From NCBI GenBank assembly GCA_040285825.1, contig JAUPSS010000003.1:1178001-1242000 (forward strand): a stretch of 64,000 bases of DNA, written 5' to 3'. Shown piece by piece: positions 22,685-34,607 of the stretch. How positions within the stretch are numbered: the stretch's first letter is position 1; each line of letters begins with the position of its first letter. Source of the stretch: Eukaryota sp. TZLM1-RC (Eukaryota; Protista; Metamonada: BaSk clade). The position numbers and the translations under genes were made by a program. A model generated the notes under the pieces. That model did not search any database, was not told the origin of the DNA, and saw nothing but the letters and a program-made list of their open reading frames with translations.

Positions 22685-25600
22685 ATGCCAATTTTAGCGA
22701 ATCCCGGTTGTAATTACTACTCAAAGTTACTCCAGGATGCCCAGAGCTTTAGAGTTTCTATGCATTTCGAGGATGTTCCGTTCCTGACTCCACTAACAAA
22801 ACCAAGCATTAACGATACACTAATCTTATGTGATCCATCCATAGGATCTTCCAATCGTTGTCTTTCAGAGCCATTGATCAGCCTCGACCCATATGCGTTA
22901 CTGATGCCATCAATTCCAAATAAGGAACTATCAAAGACAAACACTACACCCCTAAACGTGCCCAGTTTCAGACATCTTGCTTATTATGAACTACCAGAAC
23001 TTATTGTTTCATTTCATTCTCCACCTTCATTGCACTTGTCTACCCCGACACTTCCTCAACTTCCACAGCTTCCTTCCTTGTTAGATGAGGACAATGAAGG
23101 TGATCATTCGGATGGTGGGCAGGTTGTTGATAAAAAGGACGACAGAATCGGTTGCTGGATTATTGAGGAAGAAAATATTGAATTGAGATGTGAGTATTTA
23201 ATAACCTCAAACCAAAATCTTTTTTCCATTCAGCAATTACCCGAATTAGGAGATTTAAAGCTCATTGATGATTTTGAAGTATGTACTGAAACATTCCTCA
23301 ACAATGATAATGAGTATGCTCTAAACAATGATTTTGCTCCTGATTCAATTGAATATGAAACTTTTGATTGTGTCAAGCTTGATGAAATCGAACCAATTGT
23401 TAAGCAAATTACCTTTAAATACCCTGAGGTTAGCCTTGAAAAAGTAGAAGTCATTGAACCCCAACAATGCTTAACTGAACCAAATTTATTTGAAATTCCT
23501 ATTTCTGAATATGTTTTAAAATTGTTTAGAGAAGAATTAATTTGTGGAAATGAGCACGTTTGTGGAGTAAGATATTCTGAATTTTTACTCAAATTTTCAA
23601 ATATTCTTGAATCTGATCTCTTTTACGTAAGTCAACCGTTCCAAGCTATAAGACTACCACCAATTGATTTCAACTTTCCTTGCTATCAAAGACAACAGAC
23701 GGCCTTTAAAGCAAGTAAACATTTATTAGATTCAATTGCGCTACAATGTAGTTCAGCTTTTGGAGCCCTCGGGTCCGCGGTTTCTGGCTTAAAAGTGTTG
23801 ATAGAAGGAATTGCAGTAGGTGATGACGTGGCAGGTGGTAGCACCATGATATTTGATTTTAATCGATCCGACGTCCTGGATATAGATAGTGGGCTTCTTG
23901 ACCCTTACATTGCTGATTACCTTATCAGTGTTGAGTGTATCTCAAATGACGTTTTAATAGAAGAGAAAAATGACAGTTTACTGGATAAAAAAAGTAATCC
24001 AATAATTGATATTCCCATTGATTTTGACGATTTTTTAGAAGTAGAGACCTTTTCTCAGGAAGTTCAGCAGCATGATTCCATCAACAGCTCAAAAATCGAT
24101 CAATCAAATGAACACGTGTCAGTTGCCGGTATTGACGATTCACCTCCAGTAAGCAGTCAACAATCAATCAATCCAGGTAATTTGGCTCAATTCCATTTAA
24201 CTTCTCCGTCCACAATGAACCCAAAGGAAGATCAGCAAGCAAGCTCAATTGAAGGTTTATTGGATGAATGCTCACCAAGTTCCAGAGAAACTGAGGATTA
24301 CTTGGCTCAGATGGAATTAAGAGGTGGAATTGGACCAATTGAAAGTTTGTCTCCTGCCTTTAGTTATGCCGATGGTGGTTTGGGTTTACAATTAGAGTAT
24401 TTTGACTTTGTTAGCAAGCTCCAAACACAACTTAGCCCTCTCCCAGAGACCCCTAGTGATTTATCGACCTCACCACATTCAAATGAAGACCAAATTTTGG
24501 GAGAAAATGGAAGAGATCAATTTCATCACCTAGATATGAAGAAACTTAACCGACCATTGTCAGAAAATAGTGACGATATGTTTAGTTCAACCGTTGACTA
24601 TTACCTTAAACTTAGAGGAATTGATGTACAAAAGCCAAAACATGTTTTACCTAATGTCAAAACTGACTTGGAATCACTTACGAGTACCGATGTTGTCAAA
24701 AGTTCCAAAACAGGTTTCAGAAGAGAACTTCAATCAAAACAGAAAGACGATTTTTCAAATAAGGAACATGATAGAGGTTCCACAAACTTCACCACAAGCA
24801 GTTTATCCAAGTCAAACCTCACTACCGTTGTCATTGAGCCTAAAAAAATACCAAAAAGTACAACTTTTTTGATTAAGGAATGTATAGACACTGTTTTCAA
24901 CACAGTTAGATATGGTTCAAGTGCTCTTTGTGTGCTTCACAACAATGATTCTTGTTGTTACGAATTTGTTCTTTCTCTTGTCAAATCTATAACCGATTCG
25001 TCTGTTATAGTTACTGACAGAATGTCTTTATGGAAGGGCTTGGTCTCCTTAGCTGGTCAAGAATCTTGCATAAAGGTTGAAAGTTTTTCTTCAAACATTA
25101 GTGATGTTGAATGTTCATTTGTGATTTTCGACTTATTCAATCGTATCAATATTGGTTTTCAAAATATTCCAAAAAGCTCTATATTTCTAAATTTTACAAC
25201 TAATGATTCATTACCCCACCTGGGAATTAATCCACAATCTATTTACCTGGATCTACCAAAAGGGAATGGTGGCTATCAAGAAATGTTCATTGGAAGAGCT
25301 TATGCGGGTGGCATTAGCAACGCTATTGTGGACATATTCGCAGTAGTTAAACCATTATTTATGGAGCTTATCAAGATGTTCAACATCACAGTTAAAGAAG
25401 ATGTATTTCTACCATTTCTTCAGTATTTACCCCAAGACATCAAAGATGAATCAACTTTTCTAATCTTGATGTCACACAATCCCAAATATTACCAAAATTT
25501 GGTCACGAATCAGCTGATGAGTAAAGATCAATTCACTAACCAAGAAGAACACGACCTCTTTATTGCTCTTATCGGTATAGGCACACTAGTCTATGTTGTA

Positions 25601-26263
25601 CGTGCTGTGTTTTTGTACCTTTTGAATGATATTCCCGAAGCAGCATTCAAGTTTCTTCAAAGTAATTCCATAGCAGAATCTCCAATAAGTTTATTTTCTG
25701 ATCAATTAACAGTAATTAAGACGAAACTAGCGTCTTTGAATTCAAATCCTTTGGTTGTCAAACTTTCCTCTATTCAAGATCATTCTCAACAAGAGTTGCT
25801 GGTAACAAATGCCCAATTTTCTGCAAAATTTCTTGCATCATCAATTAAAAACATAACGGTTGTAGCAGCAAAAGATCTAGAATCATTAAATCTAAAGCAA
25901 TTTCACAGCATTTACCTCATTGGACATGAATTATTTGACAATTGTAACGGGTTATTGGTAAATTCAATTATTCAATACAAAACACGCATTAATGTCTTTA
26001 CTGTCTTTGCAGATAATGACAACTCAGTTGATAGTATGCAACGGAATTTTCCAACAACGACTAACCCACTTGATAACTTGACCACCCCTCTTCATCAAGA
26101 ACCAAGGAAAAAGAGAATTATTTCAAACACTGATTTTGGTAGAATCAAGGAGGACCATTTGGGTTTCACACCCAGGAAAGACAAACTTACTTTGGAATTA
26201 CCCAGTGAAAAACGTTCTAACAAGGGCTATATTCAGTCGAAATTGGTGTGGAAGCCCAAGTGA
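22685..26263 (+). CDS. Large hypothetical protein; C-terminus reminiscent of SHOC1/Zip2
   Basis: Uninterrupted ~1190-aa ORF; ends FTPRKDKLTL..QSKLVW; family assignment tentative. Confidence 0.6.
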   Translation: MPILANPGCNYYSKLLQDAQSFRVSMHFEDVPFLTPLTKPSINDTLILCDPSIGSSNRCLSEPLISLDPYALLMPSIPNKELSKTNTTPLNVPSFRHLAYYELPELIVSFHSPPSLHLSTPTLPQLPQLPSLLDEDNEGDHSDGGQVVDKKDDRIGCWIIEEENIELRCEYLITSNQNLFSIQQLPELGDLKLIDDFEVCTETFLNNDNEYALNNDFAPDSIEYETFDCVKLDEIEPIVKQITFKYPEVSLEKVEVIEPQQCLTEPNLFEIPISEYVLKLFREELICGNEHVCGVRYSEFLLKFSNILESDLFYVSQPFQAIRLPPIDFNFPCYQRQQTAFKASKHLLDSIALQCSSAFGALGSAVSGLKVLIEGIAVGDDVAGGSTMIFDFNRSDVLDIDSGLLDPYIADYLISVECISNDVLIEEKNDSLLDKKSNPIIDIPIDFDDFLEVETFSQEVQQHDSINSSKIDQSNEHVSVAGIDDSPPVSSQQSINPGNLAQFHLTSPSTMNPKEDQQASSIEGLLDECSPSSRETEDYLAQMELRGGIGPIESLSPAFSYADGGLGLQLEYFDFVSKLQTQLSPLPETPSDLSTSPHSNEDQILGENGRDQFHHLDMKKLNRPLSENSDDMFSSTVDYYLKLRGIDVQKPKHVLPNVKTDLESLTSTDVVKSSKTGFRRELQSKQKDDFSNKEHDRGSTNFTTSSLSKSNLTTVVIEPKKIPKSTTFLIKECIDTVFNTVRYGSSALCVLHNNDSCCYEFVLSLVKSITDSSVIVTDRMSLWKGLVSLAGQESCIKVESFSSNISDVECSFVIFDLFNRINIGFQNIPKSSIFLNFTTNDSLPHLGINPQSIYLDLPKGNGGYQEMFIGRAYAGGISNAIVDIFAVVKPLFMELIKMFNITVKEDVFLPFLQYLPQDIKDESTFLILMSHNPKYYQNLVTNQLMSKDQFTNQEEHDLFIALIGIGTLVYVVRAVFLYLLNDIPEAAFKFLQSNSIAESPISLFSDQLTVIKTKLASLNSNPLVVKLSSIQDHSQQELLVTNAQFSAKFLASSIKNITVVAAKDLESLNLKQFHSIYLIGHELFDNCNGLLVNSIIQYKTRINVFTVFADNDNSVDSMQRNFPTTTNPLDNLTTPLHQEPRKKRIISNTDFGRIKEDHLGFTPRKDKLTLELPSEKRSNKGYIQSKLVWKPK

Positions 26264-27029
26264 TTAGGTAACAAAAACTGTGTTTGTTGGCAAATTTTCT
26301 AATTAGAATTATATCACTCACTTGTTCGATTATTAATTATAAATTTTTTTTTCAATATATTCCTTATTAAATATCATTAATATTAATAAGTTCTAAGATG
26401 TTGGCCAGTGCAAATGGATTTACTGATAAAAGCAAGAGGTAGAGCCATTGACATAGGAAACCGCAATCATTAAAAGATAGATGATGATTGAAGACATTTC
26501 AATTTTCAAGAGGAACTTGTGAATGGAGCTATAAATAGTAGAGGTGTCATTTGACCACATAGCACAACACATATAGAGAAATGGCAGACTACGCATTAAA
26601 TTTGAAATAGTGCTGAGGGATATATACAAACCAAAGCTGCAAATGTAATGGCACTAACACAAGAGGCTACCCAGTACCAACAACAGAACTGTTGAACACT
26701 AAGTGATTTGTATTGCATTAGGTATACAAAAGATAAACAATTGTTGAAATAAGAAGCCAACTCGGCCGACAAGACACAGAAGAGTAGAATCTTCCATAGC
26801 CAATCCACAAGGGAGAGACTACACGTCAAAGAACTGTGTCTTGCCTCAAGTCGTCATCACTGGCTTTGGTGTTGTCTATTTTTGAAAAGACAAATGAACG
26901 AATGCCCTATAGAAATGATCCTGATAGAGTATAATCGTTCTAAAGATAAATAGGACACTTTTTGTGAAAGAACTTATTAAATTTTCGTTTAATCAGCTAC
27001 GTGGAAAAATTTTGACACTTATCTTATTT

Positions 27030-27095
27030 GGACAACAGTATTTCATTAATTGTTTCGATGTAGGAGAGGCAGGTTTTGAGGATATGGACATTTAG
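27030..27095 (+). mobile_element. Non-LTR extreme 3'-end remnant
   Basis: INCFDVGEAGFEDMDI*, matching the 19730 copy. Confidence 0.7.
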
Positions 27096-27774
27096 TTGTG
27101 TATTTGATGATTTTTTATTCGTTATTTGATAACTAAATATAGTTGATTTCAAAAAAACAACTGTACTTCATTCATAACTCAAAGAAGATTCTTATCGTTG
27201 TAAACCAAAAGAGACTTTTCGCGACATCAATAACCTCAATCTCACCACAATACGATTACTCTACACTCATAGAAATCATATTGGATCACCGCTGTTTTTC
27301 AATTTTATTTAAAAGAAAGCCTAACGATTAAGCTTAAAGCCTAACGAAAACCCTACTTTTCTTATAAGATAATGTAACTTAAAGTGTTTCAATTAAAATT
27401 TGTTTCTATTTCCATATGAAATATAAAAAATTAAAATAAAAATACATAGTTTATTAAATAATTTAGAAAATAGTTATTTATTCTTGCGCCTCAACCGTGA
27501 ACTTCTTCTGGCTAATGGTTTATCTGTTGTTTCTTTGATTTTGATTGTGGTTTTGGAACTGCAATCTGAACAGCACTAATCTCTTCCTCTTCTTCTTCTT
27601 CAATGTTTCTATCCCTTTCCATTTGTAATTCCAATTGAAACAATATATTTCGGTCTAAATGTTGTAGACGATGAGTATTATACCGAAGTAGGAAATGTTT
27701 CTGTTGTTAACTGTTTATACAAGGATAATGATGCATGCGAACCCCACATAAAAACCTGAAAATGATGATAATAC

Positions 27775-28248
27775 TTGAGGGAAACGCCGTGCTGATTTAA
27801 TTACTCCTGGATCTTATGGTGTGATCAAAGTTGTTGATGTTGTCACTGTTGATGTTTGTAAAGAATCAGCAAATGATTTTGCTAAAGAAGATGAAACTCC
27901 ACTTTGCTTTGCTCAAAAATGCAAAATCAAACAGTACAAGAAGACTTTATCTCAGCTTGGGCTTGTTGAGCATGTAAAGTATCAGTTGGTTCCATTTGAT
28001 GTTTCTCTTTCTGGTAACATTGGAATATCTGGTATTAAATTTCTTGAAGGTTTCAGATATTTAATAAAGGAAAGAGTAGGAAAAGAGTTGAACTTTAATT
28101 TCTAACACAACAGAATTGTTTTTAGTATACATAAAGCAATTCCAGAAATGATAACCAAAGCACTGTTACAATTAGGAAAAGAGTATAAAAATCGCGCACT
28201 GAAAAGATTTGATGATGCTGATGCGTGTATTGAGGATATTGAGTTCTA
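27775..28248 (+). mobile_element. Non-LTR RLE-domain fragment
   Basis: KRRADLITPG..VVDVVTVDVCK..NRIVFSI..ACIEDIEF*. Confidence 0.8.
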
Positions 28249-28303
28249 GTTTATTGTTTTGTTGTTTTGTTGTTTTGTTGTTTTGTTTGCGTTTCAAAAA
28301 GAA

Positions 28304-31300
28304 ATGATAAAACAACATTTACTTGGTTTTTTGCATCACCAGCCAATGGTCAATGCTCTTAATTCTGCTAATGACACACTTATAAATGCTTTATCTACCA
28401 TAGATGCACGTTCAACTAGACCAAAATTGATATCTTCTTACAGTTGTTCCTCAAAGTCCTCTACTAAAAGACGACGTAAACTTACAATTCCTCATACTTT
28501 CTCCACCACTCCTGCTCCTGTTAAACCCACTTTAAAACAAGACCCATGGATCAAATCACAAGACAATAAACTACTACAAACCCTTACCGCACCTCAGAAC
28601 TACCTCAACCATCCTCGATACACTGCTGATACATCAATCACCCTCAGCTCTCCGTCTGTTCTATTCAATGATTACGATGTTGGTGGCGTTTATCGGACTA
28701 CTTTTTCCATAACCAACAGCTCTTCTATCTCTACCCATGTTAGGCTCGTTCCGCCTTCATCCCCTTACTTCTCTGCTGAGCTACGTAATCATCACCTCAC
28801 CTCGCCTCTTGCTCCTGGCCTTTCTCTCTCAATCAATGTCCTCTTCAACCCTCCTCACTTGGCTTCGCTCTCTTCCTCAATGTCCATTGTCACCTCCACG
28901 GAGACCATTTCCATTCCCATTACCGCGTGTAGACCTCACCCGACACTCACCATTCCTTCACTTCTTGATCTTGGCCATGGATGGGTGGGAACGCATCTTT
29001 CATTGGGTTTTAGCTTGGTGAATGAAGGGGGACGGGGGAAGTTTGTGGTGATGAAGAAGGCAGAATGGGAAGAAAAGGAGTCAAATGAATCTTTGGTAAA
29101 TTTGAGTCCATCAGAATTTTACCTGGATTGTAATGAAATTGTTGAAATGAATAGTTTAATTAATGTTGAAAGAATTGGAATTATTGAGGAAGTTTTTGTT
29201 TTGATAAGTGACAACTTAAGTGTCAGAGAGTTCACAGTCAGACTAGTTGGGATCACTCCATCAGTTTTGCTTGATGGGCATGATGTTTCTGACCGACAAG
29301 GAGTGATTAGTTTCCCTTCTTGCCTAATTGGGGAAGAAAGATCAAAAAAGGTCACAATCAGGAACACTTCTGAACTCCCAATACCCTTTACTTTGGATAT
29401 CAACCCTTGTCGTAATTCCAGTATAACCTTTGACACAGATCATTTTGATAGAGAAGGGTTGGCTCAGTTATTCTCAGTCAATCCCAATCAAGGAGTTATT
29501 AACCCCCAATCAGAACTTGATTGTACAGTTTCTTTTTGTTCTGATGTTGTTTTGCCGTCCAGATTTGGTTGTGATGTTTGTTTTAATGCCATTGATGACC
29601 ACTTAGCTGTTGCTCTACCTCCTCAGCAGACAACTCTCTGGTCAATAGAAGTCAGTGGACTTTCTAGGAATTTGGACCTTGATGACGTTGTTTTTGAGCC
29701 TTCTGTATTGAATCTATATGACTTGGAGCTCGCAGATAGAGTTTCCTATCCACTTTCAATCAAAAATAATAGCGACTATGATTTAACTTTGTTTTCTCAA
29801 AATACTTCCGATATATTCAAACCAATTTTTGGAAATTCTGTTGCTTTGAAAAAGAATTCCACTTTAAATACTGAGCTATTTGTTATTACTCCTCCACCAC
29901 GATTTGAAAAAGTCACTGAGACCCTTGAATTTTCACTTTTTTTTCTAAATTGTTTTCAAGGAAAATTAATCCTTCCATGTAATTTCTCAATTAAACCTCC
30001 ATTCTTGCAATTATCACCTTTTTATTTGGATTTTGATGTTACAACATTCGGGGGAAAGTATGCAAAAGAAGTCTGGGTGAAAAATACCAATAAAGTTTCC
30101 GTAAATATTGCTGCTGAAATTATGGGAGATTCAGACCAAGTTGTCAGCTTTGTCGAAAAAGATCAGCGTCACTCAATACTTGAAAATTTGATTTTGTCAC
30201 CTGGAGCTGAAACAGTTTTGACTGTGTTATTTGAACCTCCTCTGAAAATTTCCCCTGTAAGCACGTCATCACGTGATGATTTTGAGTGTTTTGTGAAATT
30301 TTCTTGGACAGTTAATTCGAAAGTCAAGAAAAGTCAACTGAAGTCCTTTGAAATATTTTATAGAGTTTGTTCTTTTGTAATTGAACCCTTTATTTACAGT
30401 CAACCCTCAATTTTTGACCTTCAATCAAATTATGTAGGAATTTCAGAGACTTTAGAGCTTTCACTCGTCAATAATGGTGCTCTTCCATGTAATTTAAAAT
30501 TATCTATTCCAAAATCAACAGATTCTCAAAATTTTAAATTTTCAAACTTCACCCCCACAGTTTCCATTGATCCTTATTCCAGGCTGAAATTTTCCATTGA
30601 TTGTTCATCCATTAGTACTGAATACCATGAAAATTTGTTGCTATTTACCCCTTTTGTTGATGGTGTTCCAAAGTATCCTATTGGAAGCTTGGTGACGTCA
30701 TGTCCACGTGGATTACAGGTCGAAATGGGGAATATTGAGCGTTTGGTCAAGGAAACCGATTGTGAAATGATTGATAGACGGTCAATTATGGATGAAATTG
30801 ATAGTTTAACTTTTACGATCTCACATTACGATACATCTCCTGAAAACGATCAAAAGCAATCAAAGAAAGTTGGAAAAACAGATAAGGTTGATCCTTATCA
30901 AATAGAAATAGATGCAATGAAATCATCTGAGGAGTATTCTAAAAATTTACACCTATCAATTCTTAAATCAACAGTTGATGAATTAAAGCAAAAATTGCCC
31001 ACGCTTGATTCATATTCTCTTGATTTTGATGCTGTATCCACCAATCACGTGTCATTAGGACAAAACTCTTGTAATCACGTCATTCTTAGAAGACTTTCTT
31101 TGACCAATTCGTCAGCAATTGACTGTAAACTCTACTTCCAATCAAAATTTTATCAATCCTTTCCTCAATCAACTTTGCCTTTGCTAGGGGACTCTTTAGT
31201 TTACGAAGATGTGGAAGCCATTACTGAATTGCCATTCATTTTGCCAAAAACAAAGAATAAAACAAAGAATAAAACAAAGAGCTTTATCAGACCGTTCAGT

Positions 31301-32686
31301 AGTACTATGAAACGCAAGAGCCGTCAAAAGTCTACTAATTTTGATCCTTGTAGAACAGAATTGATCTCTTCTTATGACATTTCAAAAATTGGGTTTAGTG
31401 AATATTTCGCTGAACTTTTAGATAATTCACCTGCATGCTTTGCTTTTTTTGACACAGAAGGGCAGCCAATCAGTTTTGATTGTCCTCTTTCAATCAAACC
31501 CTGGAAGTCTGCTGAATTCTTTGTCGTTTTTTGTAGTAATTATCCCGGTTTTTATCAGGATTCAGTTGGTGTGCTGTCAAACTCAAACCAAATTTTGGAC
31601 TTTGAAGTGTCAACACGTGTGACAGGATCACCATTAGCTCTTCTACCAAATACACCAAATTTTACACTCGTCTCATCCACTTCTGGAATTGCAAATTTTT
31701 CCTCTATTACTGTTAATTCAGAACCATTTTCTCGAGAGTATTTCCTTAAGAATTTGTCCAATCAAGAGCTCGTCATTGATTTAAAAATGAATAGTAATTC
31801 AGACAATTTTGTTTTGAATTCCACTCAATTAAACTCAAAGCCATTTGGAACTGTTTCCTTTTCGGTGACAATCAATCCTGCTGAGAGTCCATCTCATTTG
31901 ATTAGTGATTTGATTGTTTCTACTTTTGATTCTGAACCTTTGATTGTGGAATTTTCAGTTGAAGTTGTGGAACCACTGCTGGAAATTGAAGACATTTCTG
32001 ACAAATTTGAAGTATTTCTAATCGACAATGAATCTTCACTTGATTGGACGCCTTGTAAACATGAATTGATCATCAGAAACCCCCTTGTTTGTCCAATAAA
32101 ATTTTCCATATTCACACAACCTCCCTTTAGTGTGGATAATATTAGTGGTGACCAGGAGGTGACCCTGGAATCCAATGAATCAATCATTTTACCAATCATT
32201 TTTGATCCTTTTTTGATCTGTTCTAGTGGTGATTTTTGTCAACTTGAAAATTCTCGATTTGAAGTTGATCTGAAATTTCAATTTACAGATATTTTTTATC
32301 AAAAATCCTTGTTGTTTGGTTATATTCACTTTCCAAAATTAGCAACAGATCATTTGATTGTTGACTGTGGCACGTGCTCAGTTGGTCAAACGATTTCTGC
32401 CCCAATTTTGGTCTATAATTCTGGACTTTCTGTAGCAGAATGGTTTGTTGAGCTTGTTTCTGACGAATTTACAATTAATCAAACATCAGGAATAATTCCC
32501 CAAAGGAAAAGGTTCCAAATAGCTCAATCAAATTCAATTCCTAATTTGAAAGTCATTTTTAATCCCAAGAAAGTAGGTCAATATTCAGCTATATTGACCT
32601 TATTTGCAACACAAGGTAGAAGTACTCTTGATATAGAACTAATAGGAACTTGTGTAGCTGAAGAAGTTGATTTATTGCTAACTTGA
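28304..32686 (+). CDS. DLEC1: DLEC1/CFAP81-like axonemal protein with ASH/Ig-like repeats
   Basis: VLFNDYDVGGVY..ITNSS..VRLVPPSSPYF..LAPGLS signature and repeated 'xxNxS..F.v.P..G' domains; start at 28304 or 28346. Confidence 0.8.
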   Translation: MIKQHLLGFLHHQPMVNALNSANDTLINALSTIDARSTRPKLISSYSCSSKSSTKRRRKLTIPHTFSTTPAPVKPTLKQDPWIKSQDNKLLQTLTAPQNYLNHPRYTADTSITLSSPSVLFNDYDVGGVYRTTFSITNSSSISTHVRLVPPSSPYFSAELRNHHLTSPLAPGLSLSINVLFNPPHLASLSSSMSIVTSTETISIPITACRPHPTLTIPSLLDLGHGWVGTHLSLGFSLVNEGGRGKFVVMKKAEWEEKESNESLVNLSPSEFYLDCNEIVEMNSLINVERIGIIEEVFVLISDNLSVREFTVRLVGITPSVLLDGHDVSDRQGVISFPSCLIGEERSKKVTIRNTSELPIPFTLDINPCRNSSITFDTDHFDREGLAQLFSVNPNQGVINPQSELDCTVSFCSDVVLPSRFGCDVCFNAIDDHLAVALPPQQTTLWSIEVSGLSRNLDLDDVVFEPSVLNLYDLELADRVSYPLSIKNNSDYDLTLFSQNTSDIFKPIFGNSVALKKNSTLNTELFVITPPPRFEKVTETLEFSLFFLNCFQGKLILPCNFSIKPPFLQLSPFYLDFDVTTFGGKYAKEVWVKNTNKVSVNIAAEIMGDSDQVVSFVEKDQRHSILENLILSPGAETVLTVLFEPPLKISPVSTSSRDDFECFVKFSWTVNSKVKKSQLKSFEIFYRVCSFVIEPFIYSQPSIFDLQSNYVGISETLELSLVNNGALPCNLKLSIPKSTDSQNFKFSNFTPTVSIDPYSRLKFSIDCSSISTEYHENLLLFTPFVDGVPKYPIGSLVTSCPRGLQVEMGNIERLVKETDCEMIDRRSIMDEIDSLTFTISHYDTSPENDQKQSKKVGKTDKVDPYQIEIDAMKSSEEYSKNLHLSILKSTVDELKQKLPTLDSYSLDFDAVSTNHVSLGQNSCNHVILRRLSLTNSSAIDCKLYFQSKFYQSFPQSTLPLLGDSLVYEDVEAITELPFILPKTKNKTKNKTKSFIRPFSSTMKRKSRQKSTNFDPCRTELISSYDISKIGFSEYFAELLDNSPACFAFFDTEGQPISFDCPLSIKPWKSAEFFVVFCSNYPGFYQDSVGVLSNSNQILDFEVSTRVTGSPLALLPNTPNFTLVSSTSGIANFSSITVNSEPFSREYFLKNLSNQELVIDLKMNSNSDNFVLNSTQLNSKPFGTVSFSVTINPAESPSHLISDLIVSTFDSEPLIVEFSVEVVEPLLEIEDISDKFEVFLIDNESSLDWTPCKHELIIRNPLVCPIKFSIFTQPPFSVDNISGDQEVTLESNESIILPIIFDPFLICSSGDFCQLENSRFEVDLKFQFTDIFYQKSLLFGYIHFPKLATDHLIVDCGTCSVGQTISAPILVYNSGLSVAEWFVELVSDEFTINQTSGIIPQRKRFQIAQSNSIPNLKVIFNPKKVGQYSAILTLFATQGRSTLDIELIGTCVAEEVDLLLT

Positions 32687-32903
32687 AATGTTATCTTCTA
32701 TTAATTATATAATTTAATTATATAATTTAATTTTTAAGTGAAATGAAACTTTATATTCAATTTATACAAATAATTGGAGTTTTTAAACCCTTTTTCTTTT
32801 TTTGATTATTAAACTGTATTATATTATTTAAATAAAATTATTTAAATACCTTATTATCTCTACTGGGGACATTTAGTATTTACACTAACATTAATTTTTG
32901 AAT

Positions 32904-34607
32904 TTAAACAATTAAGTTTCTTTTTTTCCTTCTCAATACTACTGCATCAATTCTTACACTAAACCCACTTGCAGTAAGTTGAATAAACCTTCCCAAACCA
33001 GTGTCATAATTATAAGTACAAGCAACCTTATCAAATGTTAAAATCTGGCTACCAATACCAAACAATAAGTTTCCATCTGAATGTTCATTTTCAAACACAT
33101 AAATGCCTCTAAATTGTAGATTTGAAGTAAGAGATAGAACGAAAAACCCACCCTCGGGTAGTGAATAGGCTTCTAAAGCTTCTAAAACTTGGTTCAGCAG
33201 ATTTTGGTTGACTCCCCCGGCAAGAATATTTTTCTTAAGGGCTAATATGATTCTTCTCTTATTAGTTGGTCTATTTACTGTGCACTGAGAAGGTTTGGTT
33301 GCAATGGGACCGGAAAGAGGACCATTGTGAAGGCTTGGAGAAGGTTTTTTGGAAGGTCGTCTAGCTGAGTTTAAAGTTATATCAAAAGCAATAGCTTTTT
33401 TGGACTCTGTTTTTGGACTTGATGGCTGACTTTGGTTGACTGATTGCTTGGTTTCCTCTTCTGATTTTGTTTCACTGTTATTGTTATGACTCGTATCTAA
33501 TTGTACTTCATCTCCATCAATTGATTGAGCTTTACCATCAGCACTATCGTCGTCATTTTGACTCAAACTTTCAGGAATTACAAGTTTACGTTGCTTTAAC
33601 TCGTGATTTTCAGTTTTTAGCCGGTCAATTTCTTTTAATAAATCATTAATTTGACTGAAATTATTTGTTGAAATACTATCTTTCAGTGACATTGACAGTT
33701 CAAATCGACGTCCAAAAGTCGCACAATCATTAATCTCCATTAAATCATCTATTAATTTATTAATTTCACTCTCCTCAGATTCTTTTTCTGAATCACTGGG
33801 AATTTCGCAACATAACGAACTATTCAAAGGATTTTTTTGTCCTGGAGTTGTCTTTGATTCATTCAACCCCAAAAGACGTGCAATTCTATCGTCTTCATAT
33901 GATGCTGAAAGAACGAAAAATTCTGACTGATCATTTGATTGATCTAGAGATTGCTGAAGTGATTGATGATTTAATTGATCTAGAGATTGATGATTTGATT
34001 GATCTAGAGATTGCTGAAGTGATTGATGATTTGATTGATCTAGAGATTGCTGAAATGATTGATGATTTGATTGATCTAGAGATTGCTGAAATGATTGATG
34101 ATTTGATTGATCTAGAGATTGCTGAAATGATTGATGATTTGAATGATCTAGAGATTGATTTCTACTTTCGTTACAAACTTCTTCTCCTTCATTACATCCT
34201 GAAAAGAGTCTGTCTACACCGAAAGAGGACATTGAAAACAGCCTTGTTTCCCTTTCTTTTTCTTTAGGTGGAAAATTATCTGAATGATCTGACCTAAATG
34301 ATCTGCAAGATTGAGATTTTAGAACATCAGGTGATGAAGGTTCTACATTGGATAACGGAACAATTTCTACTGAAGAGGTGCATGGCGGGGGTGAAGACGT
34401 ACGAGGCTCGGGTTCAATATCAGAGTGTTCAATACCAGAAATGACATCATCTTCATTGTCAAGGGTGTAGAAGGCAGTTGTGGGCCGTGAAGCTGTTATA
34501 GACCGGTTGAGTTGTGGTCGTGAAGTAGATAAAACTCGGTTGACAAACACAGAAGGTATTCTGTTGTAACGAGAAGCAGTATGTGTATGGACAGTGTGTG
34601 TGTCCAT
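32904..34607 (-). CDS. CKK-domain (CAMSAP/Patronin-type microtubule minus-end binding) protein
   Basis: C-terminal TNKRRIILAL..LAGGVN..QFRGIY..YNYDTGLGRF..IDAV. Confidence 0.8.
   Translation of the reverse strand: MDTHTVHTHTASRYNRIPSVFVNRVLSTSRPQLNRSITASRPTTAFYTLDNEDDVISGIEHSDIEPEPRTSSPPPCTSSVEIVPLSNVEPSSPDVLKSQSCRSFRSDHSDNFPPKEKERETRLFSMSSFGVDRLFSGCNEGEEVCNESRNQSLDHSNHQSFQQSLDQSNHQSFQQSLDQSNHQSFQQSLDQSNHQSLQQSLDQSNHQSLDQLNHQSLQQSLDQSNDQSEFFVLSASYEDDRIARLLGLNESKTTPGQKNPLNSSLCCEIPSDSEKESEESEINKLIDDLMEINDCATFGRRFELSMSLKDSISTNNFSQINDLLKEIDRLKTENHELKQRKLVIPESLSQNDDDSADGKAQSIDGDEVQLDTSHNNNSETKSEEETKQSVNQSQPSSPKTESKKAIAFDITLNSARRPSKKPSPSLHNGPLSGPIATKPSQCTVNRPTNKRRIILALKKNILAGGVNQNLLNQVLEALEAYSLPEGGFFVLSLTSNLQFRGIYVFENEHSDGNLLFGIGSQILTFDKVACTYNYDTGLGRFIQLTASGFSVRIDAVVLRRKKRNLIV
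33930..34159. repeat. Coding minisatellite, 36-bp unit (QSLDQSNHQSFQ), about 6 copies, one shortened to 24 bp
   Basis: GATTGATCTAGAGATTGCTGAAATGATTGATGATTT repeats. Confidence 0.95.

Noticed and set aside
26420-26829. Hydrophobic minus-strand ORF pair as a membrane protein gene
   Set aside because: Interrupted by stops, with no recognisable family or splice signals
33848-34267. 36-bp repeats as a CRISPR array, or the antisense IDDLIDLEIAE ORF as a gene
   Set aside because: No unique spacers; it is a coding minisatellite within the CKK gene
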